Shown piece by piece: positions 19,566-28,395 of a stretch of 64,000 nucleotides of DNA (the stretch's first letter is position 1; each line of letters opens with the position of its first letter). The DNA is from an uncultured Actinomycetes bacterium (GTDB lineage Bacteria > Actinomycetota > Thermoleophilia > RBG-16-64-13). The stretch covers positions 14,000 through 77,999 of the forward strand of contig CAVQZD010000002.1 of assembly GCA_963718375.1 (NCBI GenBank), in the 5' to 3' direction. The notes beneath the pieces were generated by a model, which saw nothing but the letters and a program-made list of their open reading frames with translations, had not been told where the DNA came from and did not search any database. The position numbers were made by a program, and so were the translations under genes.

Positions 19566-20602
19566 GCGACGCGCTGGCTCAGTTCATCTTCTTGCTCATC
19601 AAGGCGATCGCGATGGCAGGCCTGATCTTGCTCATGGTCGCCTTTGCCATCTACTTCGAGCGCAAGTTCGCCGGCTTCTTCCAGGGCCGCGTCGGACCGA
19701 CCTATCTGGGCCCGTGGGGCTCGCTCCAGTCTTTCGGTGACGTGCTCAAGCTGATCTCCAAGGAGGATGTCGTCCCCGAACGCGCCGACAAGCCGGTGTT
19801 CAAGCTGGCGCCCTACATCGCTTTCGTCCCCGCCTTCTTGGCGCTGGCGGTACTGCCCTTCGGGCCGGTCGAGCCTGAGGGAGCGGCGAGTCTGTTCGGC
19901 CACGAGTTCGACTTCGTGATCGTCAGTCCCGGGTACTTCGACTCCGGACTGGTGCTCTTCTTAGCGATGGGCGCCCTCGCCTGCTACGGGGTGATCTTGG
20001 CCGGCTGGGCCTCCAACAGCAACTACTCGCTACTGGGCGGCCTGCGCGCCGGCGCGCAGATGATCTCGTACGAACTGGCCATGGGGTTCTCGGTCGTGGG
20101 CGTCATGCTAATGGCGGGGTCGCTCAGTCTGGTCGATATCGTGGACGCGCAGGCGGGCGACTTCTGGCACTGGTACTTCATCCCCCAGATCGTCGGCGGC
20201 GTGATCTTCTTCATCGCCACCCTGGCCGAACTCAATCGCACGCCCTTTGACCTACCCGAAGCGGAGCAGGAGCTGGTGGCCGGCTACCTGACTGAGTACT
20301 CCGGCATGCGCTGGGGGATGTTCTACTTGGCCGAGTACGTGAACATGATCTTGGTCTCCGCCATCGTTGCCACCCTGTATCTGGGCGGATGGAGGGCGCC
20401 GCTCGTGGCCCTCGACTTCATCCCCGGGCCGGTATGGCTGTTTCTCAAAGTCATCTTCTTGATGTTCCTCTACATGTGGATCAGATGGACGATCTTCAGA
20501 TATCGCTATAACCAGCTGATGTCGATCGGGTGGAAGGTGCTACTGCCCTTATCGCTGGCCAACCTAGTCGTGACGGCCGTGGTCATCAGTGTGGTGGGAT
20601 GA
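19562..20602 (+). CDS. nuoH: NADH-quinone oxidoreductase subunit H
   Basis: It directly follows nuoD with an ATGA overlap. Contains ERKFAGFFQGRVGP..NRTPFDLPEAEQELVAGY..EYSGMRW. Confidence 0.92.
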   Translation: MSDALAQFIFLLIKAIAMAGLILLMVAFAIYFERKFAGFFQGRVGPTYLGPWGSLQSFGDVLKLISKEDVVPERADKPVFKLAPYIAFVPAFLALAVLPFGPVEPEGAASLFGHEFDFVIVSPGYFDSGLVLFLAMGALACYGVILAGWASNSNYSLLGGLRAGAQMISYELAMGFSVVGVMLMAGSLSLVDIVDAQAGDFWHWYFIPQIVGGVIFFIATLAELNRTPFDLPEAEQELVAGYLTEYSGMRWGMFYLAEYVNMILVSAIVATLYLGGWRAPLVALDFIPGPVWLFLKVIFLMFLYMWIRWTIFRYRYNQLMSIGWKVLLPLSLANLVVTAVVISVVG

Positions 20603-20603
20603 C

Positions 20604-21104
20604 ATGGGTCTCTTAGACGTCATCAAGAAGGGCACCTTCTGGGACATCCTCAAGGGGATGTCGGTCACCGGCACCTACTTCGTGAAGCCGAAGGTGACGG
20701 TGCAGTATCCCAAGGAGAAGCTGCAGACCTATCCGCGCTTTCGGGGAGTGCAGGCTCTGCTGACCAGGCCTGAGACCGGCGACGTCAAATGCGTCGCCTG
20801 CATGCTCTGTGCCACGATCTGTCCGCCCGAGTGCATCAGTATCGTCGGCGAGCAGACCCCCGAGGGACTCAGCCGGCCCGCGACCTTCGACCTGGATCTG
20901 ACGCGGTGCCTCTTCTGTGGCCTGTGCGAAGAGGTCTGCCCCGAGGCTGCTATCGTCATGACCCGGCATTACGAGCTGGCGACCTACGACAAGGCCGATC
21001 TGCAGCTCACCAAGGAGAAGCTGGTCGCCAACCAGACGTACGCCCGCAAAGAAGCCTACCTCATACTTGGTGACACACCCAGCGACGAGGGGGCGCAGAC
21101 ATGA
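20604..21104 (+). CDS. nuoI: NADH-quinone oxidoreductase subunit I (2x[4Fe-4S])
   Basis: CVACMLCATICP and CLFCGLCEEVCP motifs. Confidence 0.9.
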   Translation: MGLLDVIKKGTFWDILKGMSVTGTYFVKPKVTVQYPKEKLQTYPRFRGVQALLTRPETGDVKCVACMLCATICPPECISIVGEQTPEGLSRPATFDLDLTRCLFCGLCEEVCPEAAIVMTRHYELATYDKADLQLTKEKLVANQTYARKEAYLILGDTPSDEGAQT

Positions 21105-21685
21105 CGCAGAAGGTGCTCTTCTTGGTCTTCGCGGTGCTGTCTGTGGCCGGCGGCGTCGCCACTATAACGCGCAAGAACGTGGTGCATGCGCTCATGTTCC
21201 TGGTCTTCACCTTCTTGAACGTGGCCGCGATCTTTCTCCTGAGCCAGGCCTACTTCCTGGCCATGGTGCAGATACTCGTGTACGCGGGCGCCATCACGGT
21301 CTTGTTCTTGTTCGTGATCATGCTGCTCAACCTGCGCACGTTCGAGCAAGAGCAGCAGACTCACCGCAAGCAGCGCTGGGCGGCGCTAGTGCTATCAGTG
21401 CTGATGCTGGCGGAGTTCGTCATAGTCTTGGCCGGTATCACCTTCACCTCGGCCCATCGGGGCAGCGCTGAGGCGATAGCCGCGGCCGGCGGCTCCACCC
21501 GAGCTTTTGGTGAGGCCCTGTTCAACAACCTGCTACTACCCTTCGAAGTGGCGTCGGCGGTGCTGCTCGTGGCTATGGTCGGAGCCATCATCCTGGTGCG
21601 GCGAGAGAGGGCGCATGGCGGAGCCACCCGCACGTGGGGACCAGGCGAGGAGCCATCTCACGATGCCATCGAGGAGGAGGTGTAG
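21101..21685 (+). CDS. nuoJ: NADH-quinone oxidoreductase subunit J
   Basis: 194 aa. Contains VHALMFLVFTFLNVAAIFLLSQAYFLAMVQILVYAGAI. Confidence 0.88.
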   Translation: MTQKVLFLVFAVLSVAGGVATITRKNVVHALMFLVFTFLNVAAIFLLSQAYFLAMVQILVYAGAITVLFLFVIMLLNLRTFEQEQQTHRKQRWAALVLSVLMLAEFVIVLAGITFTSAHRGSAEAIAAAGGSTRAFGEALFNNLLLPFEVASAVLLVAMVGAIILVRRERAHGGATRTWGPGEEPSHDAIEEEV

Positions 21686-21691
21686 CCGGTC

Positions 21692-22018
21692 ATGGATGTG
21701 ACTCCCCTAGACATGGCTGTACCGGTCGACTGGTACCTGTACCTCTCGGCAGCGCTGTTCATGGTGGGGGCCGCGGGCATGCTCATGCGGCGCAACCTCT
21801 TCATCATCCTCTTCTCGCTTGAGCTGATGCTGAACGCCGTCAATGTGAACTTGGTCGGCTTCGCGCAGTTTCATGAAGACCTGGCGGGGCAGCACTTCGT
21901 CCTCTTCGTGATGGCGATCGCTGCCGCTGAGGCCGCAGTCGGCTTGGCCATCGCGACCGCACTCATCCGCAACCGGAAAACGCTCATGGTCGACCTGTTC
22001 GACACCATGAAAGGATGA
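21692..22018 (+). CDS. nuoK: NADH-quinone oxidoreductase subunit K
   Basis: 108 aa. Contains SLELMLNAVN..AAAEAAVGLAI. Confidence 0.9.
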   Translation: MDVTPLDMAVPVDWYLYLSAALFMVGAAGMLMRRNLFIILFSLELMLNAVNVNLVGFAQFHEDLAGQHFVLFVMAIAAAEAAVGLAIATALIRNRKTLMVDLFDTMKG

Positions 22019-23919
22019 GCGTCATAGACTACATCTGGCTCATACCCCTGCTGCCTCTTGTGGCCTTCTTGGTGACGCTGATCTTCGGCCGGTGGTGGAT
22101 CAAGGGGGCGTCGCACTGGCTGCCGATCCTGGCGATGGCAGGTGCTTTCGGTCTGTCCATCGGGGCCTTTCTCGAGACCCGGGGGATGGAGCAGCCTGCG
22201 GTCGTGGAGCTGTGGAGCTGGTTCTCGGTGGGGAGCTTCACGGTGCCGATATCCCTGCAGTTGGACCAGCTGTCGGCGATCATGCTGTTGGTGGTGACCG
22301 GCATCGGGCTTCTGATCTTCATCTACTCGGTCGGCTACATGCGGGGCGACGGCGGCTACTACCGCTTCTTTGCCTACATGAGCCTGTTCGCCTTCAGCAT
22401 GCTCACACTGGTACTGGCCGGCAACTACCTGCTGCTCTTCCTCGGCTGGGAAGCCGTGGGGCTCTGTTCCTACTACCTGATCGGTTTCTTCTATCACAAG
22501 CCCGAGGCGGCAGCGGCCGGCAAGAAGGCCTTCATCGTCAACCGGGTCGGGGACTTCGGGTTCGCGTTGGGGGTGCTGCTCATCTTCGTCACCTTCGGGA
22601 CCTTGGACTACGTAGGGGTCTTCGAGCAGGTGGGAGCGGGCGCGGGCGGACACGGCACCTTGGTGGCCATCGCGCTCCTGCTGTTCATGGGGGCCATGGG
22701 CAAGTCGGCCCAATTCCCGCTGCATGTGTGGTTGCCGGACGCTATGGAGGGTCCCACCCCGGTGTCCGCACTCATCCACGCCGCCACCATGGTCACTGCC
22801 GGGGTCTACCTCGTGGCCAGGAGCGCCGTCATCTTTGCCAACTCCACCACAGTCCTGCTGGTGGTGGGCGCCATCGGCACCTTCACCGCCCTCTTCGCCG
22901 CCATCATCGGTATCTGCCAGAAAGACATCAAGAAGGTGCTGGCCTACTCGACCGTCAGCCAGCTGGGTTACATGTTCATGGCCCTGGGGGTCGGTGCTTG
23001 GGCGGTGGCCATCTTCCATCTGGTCACGCACGCCTTCTTCAAGGCCCTCCTCTTCCTTGGGGCCGGATCGGTGATCCATTCGCAGGATGGTGAACAGGAC
23101 ATGGACAAGATGGGTGGCCTCTGGCATCGCATCCCCGCCACGTACGTGACCTTGATGGCGGGCGCGCTGTCGCTCTCGGGCATCATCCCGTTCGCTGGGT
23201 TCTGGTCGAAGGACGAGATCCTTGTCTCAGCCTGGCACGCGGGCAAGTACGTCTTCTGGGCGGTCGGTCTGCTGGCGGCCTTCATCACTGCCTTCTACAC
23301 CTTCCGCCTGATCTTCTTGACCTTCTTCGGCGAGAGCCGCGCGGCCGACAAGACCGGCGAGCATGTCCACGAGAGCCCGGCCTCCATGATCGTGCCGTTG
23401 ATGGTGCTGGCCTTGGGCGCCCTTTTTGCCGGGTTCCTGGGACTGCCCGGACGGTTCGGACTCATGCGCAGCTTCTTGGAGCCGGTGTTCGGCGCAGCCG
23501 ACGAGGTCCTGGGGATCACGGAACACGGCGTGACCAGCACCGACTACGTGCTCATGGCGGTCTCCCTGGCGGTGGCCATGTGCGGTATCGCCCTGGCGTG
23601 GGTGATGTACGTGAGGTGGACCGACCTACCCCGACGGTTGGGTGACAAGGTGCGGCCTGTCTACAAGGTCGTCTACAACAAGTTCTACGTGGACGAGTTC
23701 TACGCGGCGACAGTCGTCAGGACCGCGGTGGGCGGCTCACGCTGGGTCTGGCACAACTTTGACGAGAAGATCATCGACGGCGCCGTCAACGGTATGGGGG
23801 CGCTTTGGCAGTGGGCCGGACGCGCAGTGAGGCCGCTGCAGACCGGCAAGGTGCAGAACTATCTGCTCGGCATGTTCATCGGACTCTTCGTCATAGTGAC
23901 GGTGGTGGTGTTCTTGTGA
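22015..23919 (+). CDS. nuoL: NADH-quinone oxidoreductase subunit L
   Basis: 634 aa antiporter-like subunit. Contains GWEAVGLCSYYLIGF..GKSAQFPLHVWLPDAMEGPTPVSALIHAATMV. Confidence 0.92.
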   Translation: MSVIDYIWLIPLLPLVAFLVTLIFGRWWIKGASHWLPILAMAGAFGLSIGAFLETRGMEQPAVVELWSWFSVGSFTVPISLQLDQLSAIMLLVVTGIGLLIFIYSVGYMRGDGGYYRFFAYMSLFAFSMLTLVLAGNYLLLFLGWEAVGLCSYYLIGFFYHKPEAAAAGKKAFIVNRVGDFGFALGVLLIFVTFGTLDYVGVFEQVGAGAGGHGTLVAIALLLFMGAMGKSAQFPLHVWLPDAMEGPTPVSALIHAATMVTAGVYLVARSAVIFANSTTVLLVVGAIGTFTALFAAIIGICQKDIKKVLAYSTVSQLGYMFMALGVGAWAVAIFHLVTHAFFKALLFLGAGSVIHSQDGEQDMDKMGGLWHRIPATYVTLMAGALSLSGIIPFAGFWSKDEILVSAWHAGKYVFWAVGLLAAFITAFYTFRLIFLTFFGESRAADKTGEHVHESPASMIVPLMVLALGALFAGFLGLPGRFGLMRSFLEPVFGAADEVLGITEHGVTSTDYVLMAVSLAVAMCGIALAWVMYVRWTDLPRRLGDKVRPVYKVVYNKFYVDEFYAATVVRTAVGGSRWVWHNFDEKIIDGAVNGMGALWQWAGRAVRPLQTGKVQNYLLGMFIGLFVIVTVVVFL

Positions 23920-25395
23920 GACTCACCGTCCTCACCTTCCTCCCCGTGGTCGGCGTCCTGGTGATGCTGCTCTTCACGCGCGGGCGGCCTCGTGCCTACA
24001 AGACCACCGCTCTGGTGACCAGCCTGCTCACGCTGGGGATGGCGATCTATCTGTTCGCGGTGTTCGACCCGAATGGCGCCGGCTACCGGTTCCAGGAGGA
24101 CTACAGCTGGGTGAGCGGCGCGGGCATCCGCTACCACTTGGGCATCGACGGCATCTCGCTGCTGCTTATCTTGCTCACCGCCCTGCTCAGCGCAGTAGCG
24201 ATCCTGACGTCGTGGAACTCCATCAAGGACCGCGGCTTGGCCTTCTTCGCAAGCCTGCTGGTACTGGAGACGGGCATGCTGGGAGTGTTCGTCGCCATGG
24301 ACCTCTTCTTGTTCTACGTGTTCTGGGAGGTCCAGCTGATACCCATGTACTTCATCATCGGAGTCTGGGGTGGCTTGCGACGCATCTATGCCGCCGTCAA
24401 GTTCTTCTTGTTCACCTTCGTCGGCTCGGTGCTGATGCTGGTGGCGATCTTGGCGGTGGTATGGACGTACGGGACGCGCGCCGGGAACGAGATCACTTTC
24501 GACATCTTGACCTTGCAGCAGGCCGGGTTCAGTGGCTCGCTGGCCATCTGGTCCTTCATCGCCTTCTTCGTGGCCTTCGCCATCAAGGTGCCCATGTTCC
24601 CAGTGCATACCTGGCTGCCGGACGCGCACACCGAGGCGCCCACGGCCGGCTCGGTGCTGCTGGCCGGTGTGCTCTTGAAGATGGGGGTCTACGGCATGAT
24701 CCGCTTCTGCATCGGGTTCTTCCCCGAGGTGGCGGTAGAGGCCATGGTCCCTGTCCTCATACTGTCGGCCATCGCGGTCATCTACGGAGCGGCCATGTCC
24801 CTGGTGCAGCCGGACATGAAGCGTCTGGTGGCCTACTCCTCCGTAAGCCACATGGGGTTCGTCACCGCGGGACTCTTCGTCTTCAACCAACAGGGTGTCG
24901 AAGGCTCCGTGCTGCAGATGATCAGCCACGGGATACTGACGGGCGCACTCTTCGTCATGGTGGGCTTCTTCTATGACCGCACCCATACGCGCATGATCAG
25001 CGACTACGGCGGCCTGGCGAAGCCCATGCCGGTGGCGGCCGCCTTCTTCAGCCTGTTCGTGATGGGCAGTCTGGGTCTGCCGGGATTGAGCGGTTTCGTC
25101 GGTGAGTTCCTGGTGCTGGTGGGCGTGTTCCAGTACGCGAAGGTGTTCGCCGCGCTCATCTCCGTAGGCATCGTGCTGAGCGCGGCCTATCTGCTGTGGA
25201 TGTACCAGCGCACCATGTTCCAGGGGCCGAACGAGAAGTGGGCGTCGCTGAGAGACCTCAGCGTCCGGGAGATAGTCACTCTGGTGCCGCTCGTCGCGTA
25301 TGACTCTCTGGATCGGCCTGTACCCGGAGACCTTCTTGAACCTGCTGCACGCTCCCGTGCAAGAGCTGCTCTCGCACGTGGAGGCCTTCAAGTGA
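23916..25395 (+). CDS. nuoM: NADH-quinone oxidoreductase subunit M, with one apparent frameshift near 25298
   Basis: GTG 23916 overlaps the nuoL stop. After ..EIVTLVPLVA the expected C-terminus, MTLWIGLYPETFLNLLHAPVQELLSHVEAFK-stop, is in the +1 frame. The break makes the track show a false 1029-aa nuoM-nuoN fusion. Confidence 0.85.
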
Positions 25396-26894
25396 GCACT
25401 TCTGACCTCATGACGGTGCTACCTGAACTGGTGCTGGCCGTGGCGGCCTGTCTCGTCCTGTTGGTCGAAGCTTTCATGCTGCCGCAGAGACCCGCCGGCA
25501 GCGAGCGGCTCGAGCGCAGCGGCCGGACTCCCAGCGCGGCGATAGCTTTCTTGGCTCTGGTGGGCTCGGCGGTGGCCTCCTTCTGGGTGCTGGGCGGTGA
25601 CCAACTGGCCTTCCACGGCACTCTGGCCTCTGACGAGTGGGCGGTCTTCTTCGACGTGTTGTTCGCTGTGGGAGCGGCCGTCGTGGTCCTCATGTCTCCC
25701 GCATATCTGCGGGCTCACGGACGCGATCTGGGCGAGTACTACGCGCTGATGCTGTTCGCGGTCGTGGGCATGGATCTGATGGCGAGCGCTCGCGACTTCC
25801 TGGTCTTCTACGTCTCACTTGAGCTGATGGCCATCAGCAGCTATCTGCTGGCGGCGTTTCTCAGGCACCGGGTGCGGTCCAACGAGTCGGCGCTCAAGTA
25901 CTTCTTGACCGGCTCCTTCGCCTCGGCGGTCATCCTATACGGCATCTCACTGGTGTACGGTCTCGTCGGAAGTACCAGCTACGCCGAGGTCGGGGCCGCG
26001 ACCGCCACACCGGGTGGACAGATCGGCTCCACGGGCCTGGTCATGGCCGCGTTTCTGGTGGCGGCCGGTCTGGCCTTCAAGGTCTCGGCCGCTCCGTTCC
26101 ACATGTGGACGCCCGATGTATACGAAGGCGCCCCCACTCCAGTGACCGCGTTCTTCTCGGTGGGGCCCAAGGTCGCGGGCTTCTCCGTGCTACTCGCGGT
26201 CTTTCCGCTGGCCTTCGGGGAGGTCGACTACGAGTGGGGGTTGCTGTTCACAGTGCTGGCGATCCTCACCATGCTCACGGGCAACCTGTATGGACTCGTC
26301 CAGACAAATGTGAAGAGGATGCTCGCCTACTCCTCCATCGCCCACGCCGGCTACCTGCTCACCGGGCTCGGGGCTCTGGGCCTGACGGGAGAACCGCGGG
26401 CCGGATACGGGGTGCTCGTCTATCTTGCGGCCTACACCGTGATGAACCTGGGCGCCTTCGGGGTGCTGGTCCATCTGAAGACGGGCTCGTCGGACAAGTT
26501 CGACTACTCTCTCAGCCAGTTTGCCGGTCTGGGGAGGCGTTCGCCCTGGATGGCCGGTCTGCTCTCACTCTTCTTGCTGTCGCTCATAGGCATCCCGGGG
26601 ACGGCGGGGTTCATAGGCAAGTTCTACTTGTTCGGTGGCCTGGTATGGGCGGAGATGTGGTGGCTGGCAGTCGTGGGCGTGCTCATGAGTGCCGTCTCCG
26701 CCTACTACTACCTGCGGGTGATCGTCTATATGTTCTTCAAGGAGTCTGAGGCGCCGTTCGCGGGAGGTCTGCCCGTCTCGAGGAGCATGACGGCGGCGTT
26801 GACATTGAGCGCGCTGGCCACTCTGGCCATCGGGCTTATGCCCTCTTGGCTGTGGGACGCGGCTGTGGCTGCGTACGACGCGCTCGGCATCTGA
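25392..26894 (+). CDS. nuoN: NADH-quinone oxidoreductase subunit N
   Basis: GTG 25392 overlaps the nuoM stop (GTGA). Contains ESALKYFLTGSFASA..APFHMWTPDVYEGAPTPVTAFF..KRMLAYSSIAHAGY. Confidence 0.9.
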   Translation: MSTSDLMTVLPELVLAVAACLVLLVEAFMLPQRPAGSERLERSGRTPSAAIAFLALVGSAVASFWVLGGDQLAFHGTLASDEWAVFFDVLFAVGAAVVVLMSPAYLRAHGRDLGEYYALMLFAVVGMDLMASARDFLVFYVSLELMAISSYLLAAFLRHRVRSNESALKYFLTGSFASAVILYGISLVYGLVGSTSYAEVGAATATPGGQIGSTGLVMAAFLVAAGLAFKVSAAPFHMWTPDVYEGAPTPVTAFFSVGPKVAGFSVLLAVFPLAFGEVDYEWGLLFTVLAILTMLTGNLYGLVQTNVKRMLAYSSIAHAGYLLTGLGALGLTGEPRAGYGVLVYLAAYTVMNLGAFGVLVHLKTGSSDKFDYSLSQFAGLGRRSPWMAGLLSLFLLSLIGIPGTAGFIGKFYLFGGLVWAEMWWLAVVGVLMSAVSAYYYLRVIVYMFFKESEAPFAGGLPVSRSMTAALTLSALATLAIGLMPSWLWDAAVAAYDALGI

Positions 26895-26898
26895 ACCC

Positions 26899-28290
26899 AT
26901 GCTCATCGTAGGCGACTGGGTCGTCCCTGTGAGCAGCCCGCCCATCGCGGGGGGCGCGGTGTTGGTGAGGGACACAGAGATCGCGGCAGTGGGGCCCGCC
27001 GCGGAGCTGCGGGCGCGCTACCCTGACGAGGAGGTGAGCGAACACCCAGGTTGCGCCCTCTTACCAGGTCTGATCAACGCTCACACTCACCTCGACTACT
27101 CGGCCTTTCTGGGCATTCGGCGTTCCGGTGGGTTCATGCGTTGGATCATCCGCCTGACCAGGGCGCGCATGAGACTGGACTCAGAGGACTTGGCGGCCTC
27201 AGCCTTGTGGGGAGCGCATGAGTGTCTGCGCCAAGGGGTGACGAGCATCGCCGACACTTCATTTGGAGGTAGCACGGTGGCCCTAGCGGCTCGGGCGGCC
27301 GGACTCCGGGCGCGGGTGTACCTGGAGGTGTTCGGGCTTGACGACGACCGCTTGCCCGAGACCTTGGAGCGGCTCGAGACCGCCCTGGCTAGGGCGCGGG
27401 CGGCGAGCGGCGCAAATAGGGCGGGCGACGCGGACGGCGCGGGCGGTGGGCACGGCTTCGAAGACCGGGTGGAATGGGGCGTCTCGCCCCACGCGACCTA
27501 TACCGTGTCGCAGCCGCTCTACCGGGAGGTCGCACGCTTCGCCAGGCGGTCTGGGCTGCGCATGGCTACCCATGTGGCGGAGTCGAAGACCGAGGTGCGG
27601 CTGTCCAACGGCGGTGCTGGCCTCGCTACCCTCGTGTACGGAGCAGCGAGCCTGCTGACCGGCGGTCGCTGGAGGCTCCCGAGCAAGCGTCCGCTTCAGT
27701 ACGTGGCCGAGACGGGAGCGCTGGGTACGGACATGCTCGTCGTCCACGCTGTGCAAATGGACGGGGCCGATATCAAGACTCTGGCCGCAAGCGGAGCCCC
27801 TGTAGCTCACTGCCCGCGTTCGAACGAGAATCTGGGGTGCGGGATAGCTCCGGTGGCTGCGATGAAGGCGGCCGGCGTCGTTGTGGCACTGGGGACCGAT
27901 AGCCTGGCCTCCAATGACGGTCTGGACATGCTCGCCGAGATGCGGGCCGCGTTGGAAGCCAGCCACTCACGGGCGCAGAAGGCAGACACGGAGGCTCTGC
28001 TGCCCAGTGAGATCCTGCGTATGGCCACGCTGGACGGTGCTCGCGCCCTCGGCTGGGAGGCGCGGGCGGGCAGTCTGGAGGTGGGCAAGCGGGCTGATAT
28101 CACTGTGGTCAGTCTGCCCGGGACGGTGTCCAGCAGCACCTCGCCAGAGGACTTGGCTCTGGCGGTCATGCAGGGCCAGGTGCGGATGACGGTGGCCGAG
28201 GGACGAGTGGCCTACGCAGGCGAGGCCACGCCCGCCGAGGTGTCAGCCAGCTTCGCGGCTGTGCGGATGAAGCTGGGCTTGAAGGACTGA
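26899..28290 (+). CDS. Metal-dependent amidohydrolase (nucleoside/aminofutalosine/MTA-SAH deaminase-like, chlorohydrolase family)
   Basis: 463 aa. Contains LPGLINAHTHLDYS (HxH), ..HVAES.., ..VHAV.. and ..LGTDSLASN. Substrate is not assignable by eye. Confidence 0.7.
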   Translation: MLIVGDWVVPVSSPPIAGGAVLVRDTEIAAVGPAAELRARYPDEEVSEHPGCALLPGLINAHTHLDYSAFLGIRRSGGFMRWIIRLTRARMRLDSEDLAASALWGAHECLRQGVTSIADTSFGGSTVALAARAAGLRARVYLEVFGLDDDRLPETLERLETALARARAASGANRAGDADGAGGGHGFEDRVEWGVSPHATYTVSQPLYREVARFARRSGLRMATHVAESKTEVRLSNGGAGLATLVYGAASLLTGGRWRLPSKRPLQYVAETGALGTDMLVVHAVQMDGADIKTLAASGAPVAHCPRSNENLGCGIAPVAAMKAAGVVVALGTDSLASNDGLDMLAEMRAALEASHSRAQKADTEALLPSEILRMATLDGARALGWEARAGSLEVGKRADITVVSLPGTVSSSTSPEDLALAVMQGQVRMTVAEGRVAYAGEATPAEVSASFAAVRMKLGLKD

Positions 28291-28395
28291 GCTGCATCCG
28301 ACCCGGTGGGCATCACCCTGCCCCCAGGGGTATCCTGTTGGCGCAGTCATGCCGATAGATACGACAAGCGGCGCGGTCCAGCAGTGGAGGACGAC

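Noticed and set aside
21871-25391. Large minus-strand and alternative plus-frame ORFs inside nuoL/nuoM (21871..23127, 22092..23093, 23859..25391)
   Set aside because: They have His/Arg/Gly/Asp-rich low-complexity translations and overlap canonical antiporter-like subunits. These are shadow ORFs.
23805-26894. 1029-aa ORF that looks like a NuoM-NuoN fusion protein
   Set aside because: The expected NuoM C-terminus (..WIGLYPETFLNLLHAPVQELLSHVEAFK-stop) is present in the +1 frame. NuoN has its own GTG overlapping that stop. A single indel near 25298 creates the apparent fusion.
28291-28395. Possible c-di-AMP (ydaO-type) riboswitch upstream of the NlpC/P60-containing hydrolase, as seen for some actinobacterial cell-wall hydrolases
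   Set aside because: The gap is only about 105 nt, and I could not find the conserved ydaO core elements by eye. Only trivial short hairpins are present. An Infernal scan would settle it.
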